Part shown: one piece after another, positions 19,234 through 29,833 of the stretch
Numbering within the stretch: position 1 is the stretch's first letter
Layout: every line of letters starts with the position of its first letter
Assembly (NCBI GenBank): GCA_963803165.1
Contig: CAWDLK010000006.1
Coordinates: 35 to 64,034, forward strand
Reading direction: 5' to 3'
Length of the DNA stretch: 64,000 nucleotides
From: an uncultured Chloroflexia bacterium
GTDB lineage: Bacteria > Chloroflexota > Dormibacteria > Aeolococcales > Aeolococcaceae
The notes under the pieces: model-generated
What the model saw: the letters and a program-made list of their open reading frames with translations, nothing else
Databases searched by the model: none
What the model was told of the DNA's origin: nothing
Made by a program: the position numbers and the translations under genes

Positions 19234-19336
19234 GGCCCGGGGACCTCCTGGGGAGCGACCAGCTTCGCTCTAATACGAGGTGAGGGAGGGTGAAGATTCT
19301 CGCAGGTCATCGCGTTGCGCGGGTGACGATTCAGGG

Positions 19337-19792
19337 TCAATCGAAGTAGAGGCGAAACCCCTGGGCGCTGGGCTCCATGCCGATCGCCCGGTAAAAGGTG
19401 TGCGCCTCGGTGCGCTGAACGCGGGACAGCAGTTGGAGCCGGTGGCAGCTGGCCTCGCGAGAGCGCCGGGCAGCCTCTTCCATGAGGGCCCGGCCCACTC
19501 CCTGGCGGCGGAAGCGGCGGCCGGTCACGACGTTCTCGACCGCCGCCCACGGCCGTCCGCCGTGGGTGAGGCTGGGCCGGACCAGGAGCAGGTCGACGGT
19601 GCCGGCGACCTCGCCGTTCACGGTCGCGACCAGCAGGGTGCGGTCGGGGTCCGCCGCGATGCCCGAGAAGATGGATTCCGCCTCGGTCAGGGTGAGCTCC
19701 GGACCCGAGCCGAACCCCTCGGCGAGCTGCTCGTAAAGGTCGAGCAGCGCGGGGAGATCGGCGGCGATGGCGGGACGGACCTCGAGGCTCAC
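19337..19792 (-). CDS. GNAT family N-acetyltransferase
   Basis: Motif A RRFRRQGVGRALMEEAARRSRE with CoA-binding Q/RxxGxG/A. Confidence 0.8.
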   Translation of the reverse strand: MSLEVRPAIAADLPALLDLYEQLAEGFGSGPELTLTEAESIFSGIAADPDRTLLVATVNGEVAGTVDLLLVRPSLTHGGRPWAAVENVVTGRRFRRQGVGRALMEEAARRSREASCHRLQLLSRVQRTEAHTFYRAIGMEPSAQGFRLYFD

Positions 19793-19840
19793 GGGCGCCG
19801 ATTGTGCGCGGGACGGCTCACCGGGTGCCTCGGAGGAGGC

Positions 19841-20254
19841 TCAGCCGCCGGCTGGCCAGACCACGAGGGACCACTCCCCCTTGCCGGTAACGCAGAACAC
19901 CCCGATCTCTTCCGAGTCGCGGCAGTAGCCGGCCGGCGGCACCTTCTGCCTCGGCATCGTCCCCGACACTGCGGTCCAGGTGCCGGCGCTCAGGTGGATG
20001 GCCTGCCCGTCCGGGGGGAGCGCGGTGATGACGACCTGGGTGCTCCCGTTGGTCAGATCCAGCGCGCACGTGGTCGCCACGCCATTCCCACACGCCTTCA
20101 TGACGAGGAGAAAGGGATGCGTTCCGCTCTGCGCGATGGAGATCGAGCCGCCCCCCTGCTGCAGGTATTGGGCTCCGCAACCGCACAAGCCCACCGCCGC
20201 GAGGCCGGCGAGCACAAGAGGTAGCCCAGTGCGGCGGACGCAAACCGCGGTCAC
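19841..20254 (-). CDS. putative secreted protein / lipoprotein
   Basis: Signal peptide with a Cys cluster (LVLAGLAAVGLCGCGAQ), then a beta-rich 100-aa domain with four further Cys. Confidence 0.4.
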   Translation of the reverse strand: MTAVCVRRTGLPLVLAGLAAVGLCGCGAQYLQQGGGSISIAQSGTHPFLLVMKACGNGVATTCALDLTNGSTQVVITALPPDGQAIHLSAGTWTAVSGTMPRQKVPPAGYCRDSEEIGVFCVTGKGEWSLVVWPAGG

Positions 20255-20541
20255 CTCTCGGCCTCCATCGGCACCGAGCCGGCAAGCCCCACTCTCTCGG
20301 CCGTACCACGCTGTCCCGTCTCGCCGTCGCCTCCTCGGATCACCCGGGGCGGGGCCGGTGCGCAGCCCTGGACGCGACCGCGCCCAGCGTCCGGTTCCAC
20401 CCTCGGCCGGAGTGTACGCGTGTCCTGGAGGTGTAGAAGGACAAGTCGTCTCGCCCCGGGACGCGACGCGCCCCCTGGGATCGGGCTCCTCGTCTCGCTG
20501 GATGGACGACGGTCAGGATGCGTCTGCGAAGGGATGCAACA

Positions 20542-20613
20542 TACCCCCGGCCGGAATCGAACCAGCGCACAAGGTTTAGGAAACCTCTGCTCTATCCACT
20601 GAGCTACGGGGGC
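20542..20613 (-). tRNA. tRNA-Arg (anticodon CCU)
   Basis: Minus-strand read GCCCCCG-TA-GCTC-AGTGGATA-GAGC-A-GAGGT-TTCCTAA-ACCTT-GTGC-GCTGG-TTCGATT-CCGGC-CGGGGGT-A. Cloverleaf with a 7-nt anticodon loop, anticodon CCT, and T-loop TTCGATT. The CCA is not encoded. Confidence 0.7.
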
Positions 20614-20748
20614 CTGGTGCGCCCGCCATGACGATCGACACCTGGGGAGGGGCCCAGAGGTGGCGGCGCCGGCGGACACCACAAGGATAAGCGCCGGGCT
20701 GGGCGACGACAGGGGAGCTGCCCACGCCGCCCGCTCCGGCCGGGACGC

Positions 20749-21138
20749 CTAGAGCTCGTAGTCCAGGGTGTAGGTGTGCTCGCCGCCCGGGCCCACGACG
20801 ATCTGGCCGTCGCCGCGGATCCCCGCCAGCTCCCCCGTGCCGCTGGTCTCGACGATCTGCCAGGTCATCCAGGGGGAGCCGGACCGGCTGCCGGCGCCGT
20901 GACGGAGGACGAATCCGCCGCTGCGCCCATGCACCGTGCCCTCGAAGCGCTCGATGCCCGCATAGGCGGCCGGGATCTCGGTGTGCACCATGATGATATC
21001 GGTCTCGCTGCCCCCCTCCAGGTCGCCGTGGAAGGTCTTGGTGATGTGGGCGCGCGTGAGGGTCACCCCGTCGCGGTGGTCGTGGGGCTCTGCGCTGTCG
21101 AAGCGATCGATGTCGAAGGCGCCCTGGGCTCTGGGCAT
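20749..21138 (-). CDS. DUF3224 domain protein
   Basis: HGDLEGGSETDIIMVHT...GTVHGRSGGFVLRHGAGSRSG...WQIVETSGTGELAGIRGDGQI, full length 129 aa. Confidence 0.6.
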   Translation of the reverse strand: MPRAQGAFDIDRFDSAEPHDHRDGVTLTRAHITKTFHGDLEGGSETDIIMVHTEIPAAYAGIERFEGTVHGRSGGFVLRHGAGSRSGSPWMTWQIVETSGTGELAGIRGDGQIVVGPGGEHTYTLDYEL

Positions 21139-21196
21139 GGGGGCATGCTACCAGACAACGAACACCGGTTCGTCGAGCCGCCCCTCCGAGCGCCGC

Positions 21197-22093
21197 TCAG
21201 CCGGCGGCGGGGCTCCCTTCCATCGAGAGGGGGAGGTAGAAGAGGCCCGGGGCGAGCCGCCCGTCAGCCAGGCCGATGGTCTGGAGGAGCAACTCCATGG
21301 CCGTGCGTGCCGCCTCGCGCACCTTGGAGAAGTCCGCCACCCGCAGGGGGTTGGGGATGCGAGGGCAGATCAGGGTCACCGGCAGGTGCCTGCTGAAGCG
21401 GTCGAAGTCGGCCAGCAGCCGGGCGTGGAGCGCCACCGAGGTGACCCGCTGGAAGACGTCCGAGAGGCGGCGCAGGGCCGGCATCGCCAGCTCGGCGGTG
21501 AGGTCCACGGCGATGATCCGCGAGGGGCCCATCCGCACCGCGGTGGAGAGGCTGCAGTTGTCGGTCACGCCGCCGTCCACGTAGGACCGGTCGCCGAGAC
21601 GCACGGGCTGGAAGACGAACGGTATGGCGCAGGAGGCTCGCAGCGGGTCGCGCAGCGGCCCCTGCGAGATCACCACCGGCTCACCGGTGAGCAGGTCGGT
21701 GACGATGATCTCGAGCGGGCGGCGCAGCTCCTCGAAGCTTTCGATGCCGGTCATAGCGGTGGCGAAGTCCACCAGCTCGCCGACCGCGTCGTCGCTGCGC
21801 AGCCACGGGTGCCGTCGGACGCGGTTCAGCACCATCCGCAGCGGGCGCGCTCGGAAGACGGCCCGGGTCTGGGGGCTGGCCCAGATCTGCTCGAGCATGT
21901 CGAGCGCCTCGGTGAGGGGCCGGCTGGCCACCACCGCCGCGTTGAGGGCGCCGACGCTCGTCCCCACGCAGGCATCCGGCTCGAGCCCGCGCTCGGCCAG
22001 GGCGCGCAGGATCCCCAGCTGAGCCGCTCCGCGGCCACCGCCGCCGCCGAGCACGAGGACCGTCTCGATCCGAGCTCCGGTCCTCTCTTCCAC
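21197..22093 (-). CDS. patatin-like phospholipase
   Basis: Oxyanion GGGGGRG, nucleophile elbow GTSVG, catalytic Asp in DGG (YVDGGVTDN). Confidence 0.85.
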   Translation of the reverse strand: MEERTGARIETVLVLGGGGGRGAAQLGILRALAERGLEPDACVGTSVGALNAAVVASRPLTEALDMLEQIWASPQTRAVFRARPLRMVLNRVRRHPWLRSDDAVGELVDFATAMTGIESFEELRRPLEIIVTDLLTGEPVVISQGPLRDPLRASCAIPFVFQPVRLGDRSYVDGGVTDNCSLSTAVRMGPSRIIAVDLTAELAMPALRRLSDVFQRVTSVALHARLLADFDRFSRHLPVTLICPRIPNPLRVADFSKVREAARTAMELLLQTIGLADGRLAPGLFYLPLSMEGSPAAG

Positions 22094-22245
22094 CCTCCTA
22101 GAGTGACACGCCCCGGCCGGCGGAGGCCGCTCCCCGATGGGACGGCTCCGCTCGGACCGGTGCGTCCGAACCCGCGACCGCGCCTCGACGGCGGGTCACG
22201 GCGTGGCGGCGAGCGCCGGCGAGGCGCCCCGCCCGCCCGCGGTGA

Positions 22246-22359
22246 TCAGGTCTTGGTCCTGCCGCGGCTCATGAACCAGACCACGGCCAGGATGATGACC
22301 ACGATCACCACCACGTAGACGATGATCTCCTTGGTTCCGAAGGGCGTGAATGCGAGCAT
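22246..22359 (-). CDS. hypothetical 37-aa single-TM micro-protein
   Basis: MLAFTPFGTKEIIVYVVVIVVIILAVVWFMSRGRTKT. A strong RBS GGGGAGAGG lies 5 nt upstream of the ATG. It sits between the tRNA-Pro and patatin genes on the same strand. Confidence 0.35.
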   Translation of the reverse strand: MLAFTPFGTKEIIVYVVVIVVIILAVVWFMSRGRTKT

Positions 22360-22495
22360 TGAGCCTCTCCCCGGGTCTGCGGGTTCTGGTCACGGCGGCG
22401 CCGGACGGGACGAGGGGCCAGCCTACCCCAGGGGGGAATCTCCCTGCTGGACCGCCGGTGCCGGCACTCGCGGCGCCTGGCGCGCCGGCGACACG

Positions 22496-22570
22496 TCGGG
22501 AAGGCGAGATTCGAACTCGCGACCTCACGGTCCCGAACCGTGCACTCTAACCTGGCTGAGCTACTTCCCG
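22496..22570 (-). tRNA. tRNA-Pro (anticodon CGG)
   Basis: CGGGAAG-TA-GCTC-AGCCAGGTTA-GAGT-G-CACGG-TTCGGGA-CCGTG-AGGTC-GCGAG-TTCGAAT-CTCGC-CTTCCCG-A. Perfect 7-bp acceptor stem, anticodon CGG, 75 nt. Confidence 0.85.
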
Positions 22571-22728
22571 ATCGTCGGCATGATAGCAGCGGGGCTCTGG
22601 CAGCCTGGACCACCAGCGCGGGCCGGGCGGCCGGCCGCGGCTTGACCGGCGCGGCGAGCGCCCACTAGGGTGGAGCCGGCTGGCCGGCGAGCCCTGCCCC
22701 GGGGCGGGCCGCCGTGGAGGCGCGGGCG

Positions 22729-23304
22729 ATGCCCAAGGTCCTGATCCTGGCCGGCGACGCGGCCGAGTCGCTGGAGGTGATGTACCCGTACCAGCGGCTG
22801 CTCGAGGAGGGCTACACGGTCCACATCGCGGGACCCACTCGCAAGCGCCTGCAGTTCGTCATCCACGATCAGGTCGAGGGCTTCGACACCTACACCGAGA
22901 GGCCCGGCTACGCCTGGCCCGCCGACCTCGCCTTCGCCGAGGTGGATCCCGCCGAGTACGCGGCGCTGGTCATCCCCGGGGGCCGGGCCCCCGAGTACAT
23001 CCGCAACGATCCGGACGTGCTCCGGATCGTCCGGCACTTCTTCAGCGCCTCGAAGCCGGTGGCCGAGATCTGCCACGCACCGCTGATCCTCGCCGCCGCC
23101 GGGGTCCTCGCGGGCCGGCGCACCGCCGCCTACCCGGCCCTGGCACCCGACGTGCGCGCCGCCGGCGCCGAGTTCGTGGACGCGGCCGGCGTGGTGGACG
23201 GCCTGCTGGTGTCCGCACGCGCCTGGCCCGATCACCCCGCCTGGATGCGCGCCTTCCTCGAAGTGCTCCGGAGGCAGTCGCCCCCAGCGCCCGAGCTCAG
23301 CTGA
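22729..23304 (+). CDS. DJ-1/PfpI family protein (class I glutamine amidotransferase-like)
   Basis: ATG 22729 preceded by GGAGG with an 8-nt spacer. Nucleophile-elbow context [10 protein letters not shown]. Confidence 0.8.
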   Translation: MPKVLILAGDAAESLEVMYPYQRLLEEGYTVHIAGPTRKRLQFVIHDQVEGFDTYTERPGYAWPADLAFAEVDPAEYAALVIPGGRAPEYIRNDPDVLRIVRHFFSASKPVAEICHAPLILAAAGVLAGRRTAAYPALAPDVRAAGAEFVDAAGVVDGLLVSARAWPDHPAWMRAFLEVLRRQSPPAPELS

Positions 23305-24169
23305 GCTTGCCCAGCTGCTCCATCTGGTCGTCGGTGAGGCCGATCAGCGCCGCCTCGACGTTCTCCTCCAGGTGGGCCACCGTCGAGGTCCCCGGGATGG
23401 GCAGCATCACCGGCGAGCGGTGCAGGAGCCAGGCCAGGGCGAGCTGGGCCGGGCTGGTGCCCAGCCTCTCGCCGAGGGCGGTCAGGAGCCCGTCCGGCCG
23501 GGCCAGGTCGCCGGTCGCCAGCGGGTACCAGGGGAGGAAGCCGATGCGCTCGCGCTCGCAGTGGTCGAGCACCTCCTCGGAGCTGCGGTCCACCAGGTTG
23601 TAGCGGTTCTGGACGGTGGCGATGGGTGCCGCTACCCGGGCGGCCTTGATCTGGTCGACGCTGACGTTGGAGAGGCCGATGAGCCGGATCTTCCCCTCGT
23701 CCTGGAGGGCGCGCAGGACGCCGACCTGCTCCTCGAGCGGGACCTGGGGGTCGACCCGGTGCAGCTGGAAGAGCGGGATCTGCTCCAGGCCCAATCGGCG
23801 CAGGCTCATCTCGCACTCCTGGCGGAGGTACTCGGGACGGCCGACCGGGTGCCACTGGCCCGGGCCGGTGCGCACCAGCCCCGCCTTGGTCGCGATCACC
23901 AGGTGGTCCGGGTAGGGGCGCAGCGCGGTGCGGACCAGCTCCTCGCTCACGTACGGGCCATAGGAGTCGGCGGTGTCGACGAGGTCGACGCCCAGGTCGA
24001 CCGCGCGGCGGAGCACCCGTACCGCCTCGTCCCGGTCGGCGGGCTCCCCCCAGATCCCCGGGCCAGTGAGCTGCATCGCGCCGAAGCCGAGGCGGTGCAC
24101 GACCAGCTGTCCACCCAGGGAGAAGGTGCCGCTGGCCGTCGCCGGCCGCTCGATGGTCGCGTTGCTCAT
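23297..24169 (-). CDS. aldo/keto reductase
   Basis: Internal start of composite ORF 23297..25945. Catalytic tetrad context DTADSYG, LVIATK and [18 protein letters not shown]. Confidence 0.85.
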   Translation of the reverse strand: MSNATIERPATASGTFSLGGQLVVHRLGFGAMQLTGPGIWGEPADRDEAVRVLRRAVDLGVDLVDTADSYGPYVSEELVRTALRPYPDHLVIATKAGLVRTGPGQWHPVGRPEYLRQECEMSLRRLGLEQIPLFQLHRVDPQVPLEEQVGVLRALQDEGKIRLIGLSNVSVDQIKAARVAAPIATVQNRYNLVDRSSEEVLDHCERERIGFLPWYPLATGDLARPDGLLTALGERLGTSPAQLALAWLLHRSPVMLPIPGTSTVAHLEENVEAALIGLTDDQMEQLGKLS

Positions 24170-24343
24170 TGCGTCTCCCCTGTGCCTGCCACGGCGCCTC
24201 CGCGCCGCCGTCCAATGCTGACACAGCCGTCCGCCGCCGCCGCCGCGTTCCCGGGGTGCCCGCCCGCCTCGGCGGCGGGGCTGGCGGGGACGCCTAGAAT
24301 GGGGTCGAATTGCGACCAACCGCACCAAGACGGACGACCTGAG

Positions 24344-25264
24344 ATGAGCGCTGACGGCACCGACGCACCCGTTCCCAACGGAGAGCACCGGGGGGGGCTG
24401 CGGGTCAAGCGCGGCCTGGCCGAGATGCTCAAGGGCGGAGTGATCATGGACGTGGTCACCGCGGAGCAGGCCAAGGTCGCCGAGGAGGCCGGCGCGGTCG
24501 CGGTGATGGCCCTGGAGCGGGTCCCCGCCGACATCCGCCGCGAGGGCGGTGTCGCCCGGATGAGCGACGTCTCCCTGATCAAGGGGATCATGGCCGCGGT
24601 GACCATCCCGGTGATGGCCAAGGCCCGGATCGGCCACTTCGTGGAGGCCCAGGTCCTGCAGGCCCTGGGCATCGACTACGTCGACGAGTCCGAGGTGCTC
24701 ACCCCCGCCGACGAGGAGCACCACATCGACAAGTGGGCCTTCAGCGTGCCCTTCGTCTGCGGCGCCCGAGACCTCGGCGAGGCGCTGCGCCGGATCGGCG
24801 AGGGGGCGGCGATGGTCCGGACCAAGGGGGAGGCGGGCACCGGCAACGTGGTGGAGGCGGTCCGCCACATGCGCGCCGTCCTCGGCGGCATCCGCCAGCT
24901 GCAGGCGATGCGCCACGACGAGCTGATGGCCGAGGCCAAGCGCCTCGGAGCGCCCTACGAGCTGGTCGCCGAGGTCGCCGAGACCGGCAGGCTCCCGGTG
25001 GTCAACTTCTCTGCGGGCGGCATCGCCACCCCGGCCGACGCCGCCCTGATGATGCAGCTCGGCGCCGACGGCAACTTCGTGGGCAGCGGCATCTTCAAGA
25101 GCGACGATCCGCTCGGCTACGCCAAGGCGATCGTGGCCGCCACCACCTACTACGATAAGCCGGAGGTGATCGCCGAGGTCAGCGCGGGCCTGGGCAAGCC
25201 GATGCGCGGCCTGGATGTGGCCTCCCTCCCCAAGGAAGAGCTGCTCGCCACTCGCGGCTGGTGA
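24344..25264 (+). CDS. pdxS: pyridoxal 5'-phosphate synthase, synthase subunit
   Basis: Near-identical to PdxS/Pdx1 throughout ([20 protein letters not shown], catalytic Lys region [20 protein letters not shown]). Confidence 0.95.
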   Translation: MSADGTDAPVPNGEHRGGLRVKRGLAEMLKGGVIMDVVTAEQAKVAEEAGAVAVMALERVPADIRREGGVARMSDVSLIKGIMAAVTIPVMAKARIGHFVEAQVLQALGIDYVDESEVLTPADEEHHIDKWAFSVPFVCGARDLGEALRRIGEGAAMVRTKGEAGTGNVVEAVRHMRAVLGGIRQLQAMRHDELMAEAKRLGAPYELVAEVAETGRLPVVNFSAGGIATPADAALMMQLGADGNFVGSGIFKSDDPLGYAKAIVAATTYYDKPEVIAEVSAGLGKPMRGLDVASLPKEELLATRGW

Positions 25265-25283
25265 GGGGCGGAGGCGGCGTGGG

Positions 25284-25316
25284 AAGGCCGGGGCGGGCGA
25301 CAGCGCCCCCGGCCTT
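25284..25316 (+). other. GC-rich hairpin (12-bp near-perfect stem, 8-nt loop) in the pdxS-pdxT spacer
   Basis: AAGGCCGGGGCG ggcgacag CGCCCC(C)GGCCTT, read directly. No U-tract follows. Confidence 0.4.
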
Positions 25317-25366
25317 GGGTACACTGGCCGGAGTGACCGAGATGCTGCCGGTGCCATCCCCCTGGG

Positions 25367-26005
25367 GTGGCTCGCGTGTCCGGGGGACCTGAAGCCATCC
25401 TGCGCATAGGCGTGCTCGCTCTCCAGGGGGACGTTCGCGAGCATCTCGTCGCCTTCCGGCGCTCGGGGGCCGGGGCCGTGCCGGTGCGGAGCGCCGACGA
25501 GCTCCTCGGGGTCCACGCCCTCGCCCTCCCCGGGGGGGAGTCGACCACCATGAGCCGGCTGATCCGTGCCTTCGGCCTGGAGGCCCCGCTGCGGCGCCGG
25601 CTCGCCGACGGCATGCCGAGCTTCTCCACCTGCGCCGGCACCATCCTGCTCAGCCGCGAGATCCTCGACGGCACGGCCGACCAGCTGGCCCTCGGCACCC
25701 TGGACCTGCGCACCCGCCGCAACGGCTACGGCCGCCAGCTCGAGTCCTTCGAGTGCGACCTCGACGTCCCCGCGACCGGCCCCGACCCCTTCCGGGCGGT
25801 CTTCATCCGGGCTCCGGTCATCGAGAGCTGCGGCCCGGGGGTCGAGGTGCTGGCCAGCGTCGAGGGCCGTCCGGTCGCGATCCGCCAGGGCCGGCATCTC
25901 AGCTTCACCTTCCACCCCGAGATGACCGGGGACCTCCGCCTCCACCGCCTCTTCCTGGAGGGCGTGGGGGAGGCCGCCCTCCCTTCCGAGGACAGCGCGG
26001 CGTGA
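25367..26005 (+). CDS. pdxT: pyridoxal 5'-phosphate synthase, glutaminase subunit
   Basis: [13 protein letters not shown], catalytic Cys in FSTCAG, and the His-Glu pair in TFHPE. GTG start at 25367, or 25376. Confidence 0.9.
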   Translation: MARVSGGPEAILRIGVLALQGDVREHLVAFRRSGAGAVPVRSADELLGVHALALPGGESTTMSRLIRAFGLEAPLRRRLADGMPSFSTCAGTILLSREILDGTADQLALGTLDLRTRRNGYGRQLESFECDLDVPATGPDPFRAVFIRAPVIESCGPGVEVLASVEGRPVAIRQGRHLSFTFHPEMTGDLRLHRLFLEGVGEAALPSEDSAA

Positions 26006-27084
26006 ACATCCGCCCCGCCTCCTTCCGCGACCTCGCCCGCATCGAGCAGCTCTACAGCGAGGCCGGCAGCGGCGACGAGCAGGCTCTCCAGCTCTCGCCC
26101 GACCACCCGGTGCCCCAGGCGACCCTGCTCCGCCTCTGGTACGCGCTCAGCAAGACGGTCTCGTCGCTGGTCCCCTTCAATGTCGGAGCTGCGGGCGACA
26201 CCCTCTTCGTGGCCGAGACCCGAGAGGGCATCGTCGGCTTCATCCAGGCCCAATCCTCGGGTGACCGAGCCGGCACGCTGCAGATCCTCAACCTCTGCGT
26301 GGCGGCGACCGCCAGCGGACACTTCGCCCGCGCCCAGCTGCTCACCCACCTCACCAACCACGCGTTGGAGCACGGCATCCACCGTTTCGTGGTCCGGCTT
26401 CCCGTCGACCATCCGCTGGTCGGCACCTTCCTGGAGCAGGGGTTCGTGCAGCTGGCGACCGAGCAGATCCTCTACAGCGACGACGCGCCCGTCAGCGAGG
26501 CGGCCGCCCACGGCGTCAGCCTCCGGCCCGCCCGTCCGGAGGACGTGGCCGCCATCTACCTCCTCTACCTGCGCACCACGCCCTCGCACGTGGCGAGCCT
26601 CGAGGGCGCGTCGCTCAAGGCCTGGCAGGCCGGCTTCGCCGAGGGCGCCATGACCCGGGTCGGGCGCGACGAGGTCCGCCACTTCGTGGCCGAGAACCCC
26701 GGGGTGGTGGCCTGGGCCGCGGTCAGGCCGGCGTCGGCGACGCGGCCTACGCTGCTCTCCCTGATGTGCGACGGGCACAACCCGCGCCTCCGTGAGGCGG
26801 TGATCGACGGGGCGCTCCGCGAGCTCCCCCCCGGGCCGGTCTCCTCGGTGCTCCGCCACTACAACTCGGAGCTGATCCGCGGCCTGCAGAAGCACGGCTT
26901 CGCCATCTACGGCACCCAGGTGCTGCTGGTCCGCGACCTCGCAACCAAGGTGCGGCTGCGCACCGTCCCGGCGCGCAAGAAGCCGGTGCTGGTGCACGCC
27001 CACCTGGCTCAGACGGTCCCCGCCGACGGCTCCCCGAGCCTCCGGGTCCTCAGTCGGAGGAGCGAGCGATCGCCGCTCCCCTAG
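26002..27084 (+). CDS. GNAT family acetyltransferase with tandem acetyltransferase-like domains
   Basis: GTG start overlapping the pdxT stop (GTGA). Two acetyltransferase-like halves (IVGFIQAQ...LQILNLCV; [15 protein letters not shown]...). Confidence 0.55.
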   Translation: MNIRPASFRDLARIEQLYSEAGSGDEQALQLSPDHPVPQATLLRLWYALSKTVSSLVPFNVGAAGDTLFVAETREGIVGFIQAQSSGDRAGTLQILNLCVAATASGHFARAQLLTHLTNHALEHGIHRFVVRLPVDHPLVGTFLEQGFVQLATEQILYSDDAPVSEAAAHGVSLRPARPEDVAAIYLLYLRTTPSHVASLEGASLKAWQAGFAEGAMTRVGRDEVRHFVAENPGVVAWAAVRPASATRPTLLSLMCDGHNPRLREAVIDGALRELPPGPVSSVLRHYNSELIRGLQKHGFAIYGTQVLLVRDLATKVRLRTVPARKKPVLVHAHLAQTVPADGSPSLRVLSRRSERSPLP

Positions 27085-27197
27085 CGCCGTACGGCGCCGG
27101 CTGGCGCGAGGAGCTGGCCCTCCTCTTCGAGGCGCTCCCCCCGCGGGTCGCCTCCGCCACCCAGGCCGCGGCGGCCCGCCGCGGCGACCTGCTCGAG

Positions 27198-28724
27198 GTG
27201 GTCCTCGACCTGGGACGCGAGCCCGAGGCCCGCTTCGTCGACGGCGAGGTCATCCTCGACCGCACCCCGGTGACGCACGTCGACATCGAGTACGTGGTGG
27301 AGCGGGTGGGCGACTTCGGCGACGACAACCGCGCCGGCATCGAGCGCACCCTGCACCGCATCAGCGCGATTCGCAATCGCGCCGGCACCATCGTCGGCCT
27401 CACCTGCCGGGTGGGGCGGGCGGTGACCGGGACCATCGACATCATCAAGGACATCGTCATCCAGGGCCGTTCCATCCTGCTGCTGGGCGCCCCCGGGATC
27501 GGCAAGACGACCATGCTCCGCGAGTGCGCCCGGGTGCTCAGCGACGACGAGGGCAAGCGGGTGGTGATCGTCGACACCTCCAACGAGATCGGCGGCGACG
27601 GTGACATCCCCCACCCCGGCATCGGCCGCTCGCGCCGGATGCAGGTGCAGACCCCCACCAAGCAGCACGCGGTGATGATCGAGGCGGTGGAGAACCACAT
27701 GCCGCAGGTGATCGTCATCGACGAGATCGGTACCGAGCTGGAGGCGGCCGCCGCCCGGACCATCGCCGAGCGGGGTGTGCAGCTGGTGGGAACGGCGCAC
27801 GGGCTGACCCTCGACAACCTGCTGGTCAACCCGACCCTCAACGACCTGCTCGGAGGCATCCAGACCGTGACCCTCTCCGACGAGGAGGCGCGCCGCCGCG
27901 GCACCCAGAAGTCGGTCCTGGAGCGCAAGGCCCCCCCCACCTTCGACGTCCTCGTCGAGATCCAGGAGCGGGACCGGGTCGCGGTGCACATGCCGGTCGA
28001 CGAGACCGTCGACGAGGCCCTGCGCGGGCAGTTCAAGCCGCCCCAGATCCGGATGCGCGGCGAGTTGGGTCAGATCATCAGCCGGATCGAGACCGGCGGA
28101 GCCCCTGGCGCCTTCGAGCCGCCGCCGTTCGGCGGGGGCCGGCGCGGACGGGAGCGCGATCGACGCCACCGCGGCTTCGACGTCGAGCAGTACATCGCCA
28201 ACCAGGCGCGGGGCCGGCGCGAGCCCGGCGACCGCTCCGGCAACGGCTCCTCCCGTCTCGCCCAGCCGCTCTCGATCTTCCCCTACGGGGTCTCGCGCAG
28301 CTACCTCGAGCAGTCGGTGCGCGAGCTGCACCTGCCGGTGCGCATCCAGCACCACGTCGAGGACTCGGACATCGTCCTCACCCTCAAGAACTACTACCGC
28401 CGCAAGGACTCGCCGGTGCGGGTGGCGGAGTCGTCGGGGATCCCCATCGAGGTGCTGCGCAGCAACACCGTCTCCCAGATCAAGGGCGCCCTGGCCCGCG
28501 TCTACGGGGTGGAGGCTGCCGATCCCACCGACTCGGCCCTCCAGGAGGCACGGGAGGGGATCGATCGGGCCCGGCAGCTCGGTGCCGAGGTGGAGCTGTC
28601 GCCGCAGAACGCCTACGTCCGGCGCCTGCAGCACCAATTGGTCGAGGAGCACGAGATGGTCGCCCGCAGCCAGGGTGAGGAACCGCACCGGCACCTGGTG
28701 ATCCTCGGCCCCGCGGACGCCTGA
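27198..28724 (+). CDS. Ycf45/SpoIIIAA-like AAA ATPase with C-terminal R3H nucleic-acid-binding domain
   Basis: Strong family match from [13 protein letters not shown] through the Walker [13 protein letters not shown], Walker [10 protein letters not shown], and [18 protein letters not shown]. The true N-terminus is probably upstream (see findings). Confidence 0.75.
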   Translation: MVLDLGREPEARFVDGEVILDRTPVTHVDIEYVVERVGDFGDDNRAGIERTLHRISAIRNRAGTIVGLTCRVGRAVTGTIDIIKDIVIQGRSILLLGAPGIGKTTMLRECARVLSDDEGKRVVIVDTSNEIGGDGDIPHPGIGRSRRMQVQTPTKQHAVMIEAVENHMPQVIVIDEIGTELEAAAARTIAERGVQLVGTAHGLTLDNLLVNPTLNDLLGGIQTVTLSDEEARRRGTQKSVLERKAPPTFDVLVEIQERDRVAVHMPVDETVDEALRGQFKPPQIRMRGELGQIISRIETGGAPGAFEPPPFGGGRRGRERDRRHRGFDVEQYIANQARGRREPGDRSGNGSSRLAQPLSIFPYGVSRSYLEQSVRELHLPVRIQHHVEDSDIVLTLKNYYRRKDSPVRVAESSGIPIEVLRSNTVSQIKGALARVYGVEAADPTDSALQEAREGIDRARQLGAEVELSPQNAYVRRLQHQLVEEHEMVARSQGEEPHRHLVILGPADA

Positions 28725-28754
28725 CCCGGGGCGCGCGGCTCATACTCCCACCCC

Positions 28755-29429
28755 GTGTCGTCGTGGCCGGGATTCTTCATCTCGCTGGAGGGGATCGACG
28801 GCGCCGGCAAGAGCACCCAGGGGGCGGCCCTCGCCGGTGAGCTGAGCCGCGCCGGCCACGACGTCGTGACGCTCCGGCCCGGGGACACGCAGCTCGGCGA
28901 CCTGGTGCGCGGCTACCTGCTCCAGCACCACCAGGTCCCGGTCGACCCCTGGACCGAGGCCCTGCTGTTCACCGCCGGCCGGGTCCAGCTGCTCGACGAG
29001 CGGATCCTGCCGGCGCTGGCGAGCGGGGCGGTGGTGATCGCCGACCGCTACGCGGACTCCACCCTCGCCTACCAGGGAGCCGGCCGAGGGCTTCCCCGCC
29101 GAGCCCTGCACTGGCTGCACAGCGAGGCCTGCCGCGAGGTGTGGCCCGATCTCACCTTCCTGCTTGAGCTGCCCCGGCAGACCGCCGAGGAGCGGCAGCG
29201 ATCGCAGCAGCTCCCCCTCGACCGCTTCGAGTCCGCCGCCGACAGCTTCCACCTCGCCGTCCAGGAGGGCTTCGCCGAGCTGGCCGCGGCCAACCCGGAG
29301 CGGATCGTGCGCGTCGACGCCAGCCGGCCTCCGGCGGTGGTGCTCGCCGAGATCCGCGACGTGGCCCTGCGCCGGCTGGCGAGTCGGGGCGCCGGGGCAC
29401 CCGGCGGCCTGGGCGTGCCACCGGGCTGA
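28755..29429 (+). CDS. tmk: thymidylate kinase
   Basis: GTG start. P-loop EGIDGAGKST, DRY motif DRYADS, and the lid region. Confidence 0.85.
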   Translation: MSSWPGFFISLEGIDGAGKSTQGAALAGELSRAGHDVVTLRPGDTQLGDLVRGYLLQHHQVPVDPWTEALLFTAGRVQLLDERILPALASGAVVIADRYADSTLAYQGAGRGLPRRALHWLHSEACREVWPDLTFLLELPRQTAEERQRSQQLPLDRFESAADSFHLAVQEGFAELAAANPERIVRVDASRPPAVVLAEIRDVALRRLASRGAGAPGGLGVPPG

Positions 29430-29738
29430 GATCGGAGCAGCTCCCTCGACGGCCGCGTCTCGCGACCTCGTTCACATGACTTGACAGTCGCCACTCGGCT
29501 ACCGGATAGTCGCGCTGGCGCCGCGTCGTCGGGTTCTGAATCTCGGGAGAGCTGCGACCGCCGCTGGGAGGCCATCATGCGCGGACCGCGCCGACCGGGC
29601 AGGCTCTGGAGGGGCGCCGGGCTCGGCATCGCCTGGGTGCCCCGCTGCTCGGGGGCGGAGCGACGATCACGGCCAGGAGGCGGACCCGTCCCTCCGGCTG
29701 ACGCCGGACCAACCTGGCCGAGCCCCTCGCCGCCGGGG

Positions 29739-29767
29739 GTGACAGCCTTGGAACGCTTGAGTATGCT
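29739..29767 (+). promoter_or_regulatory. candidate sigma-70-type promoter (GTGACA-N17-TATGCT) upstream of Gly-rich gene 1
   Basis: Read directly. A second TATGCT hexamer lies at the equivalent position upstream of paralog 2 (31250-31255). Confidence 0.3.
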
Positions 29768-29833
29768 GCGACCCGACGCCGCCGGCGCGGTCACGTAGGA
29801 TCGGCCGGAGATCCCGGCGCCTGGAGGCTCCCG

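Noticed and set aside
20254-20541. Possible integrated element between tRNA-Arg and the lipoprotein gene
   Set aside because: Only 290 nt with no ORF, and no repeat of the tRNA 3' end was found. It looks like an ordinary intergenic spacer.
29430-29738. Possible riboswitch or sRNA in the 400-nt spacer between tmk and Gly-rich gene 1, including a TTGACA-N18-GATAGT box at 29481-29510
   Set aside because: I could not recognise any known riboswitch core. The better promoter match (GTGACA-N17-TATGCT) lies closer to the gene, so the far upstream box is probably fortuitous.
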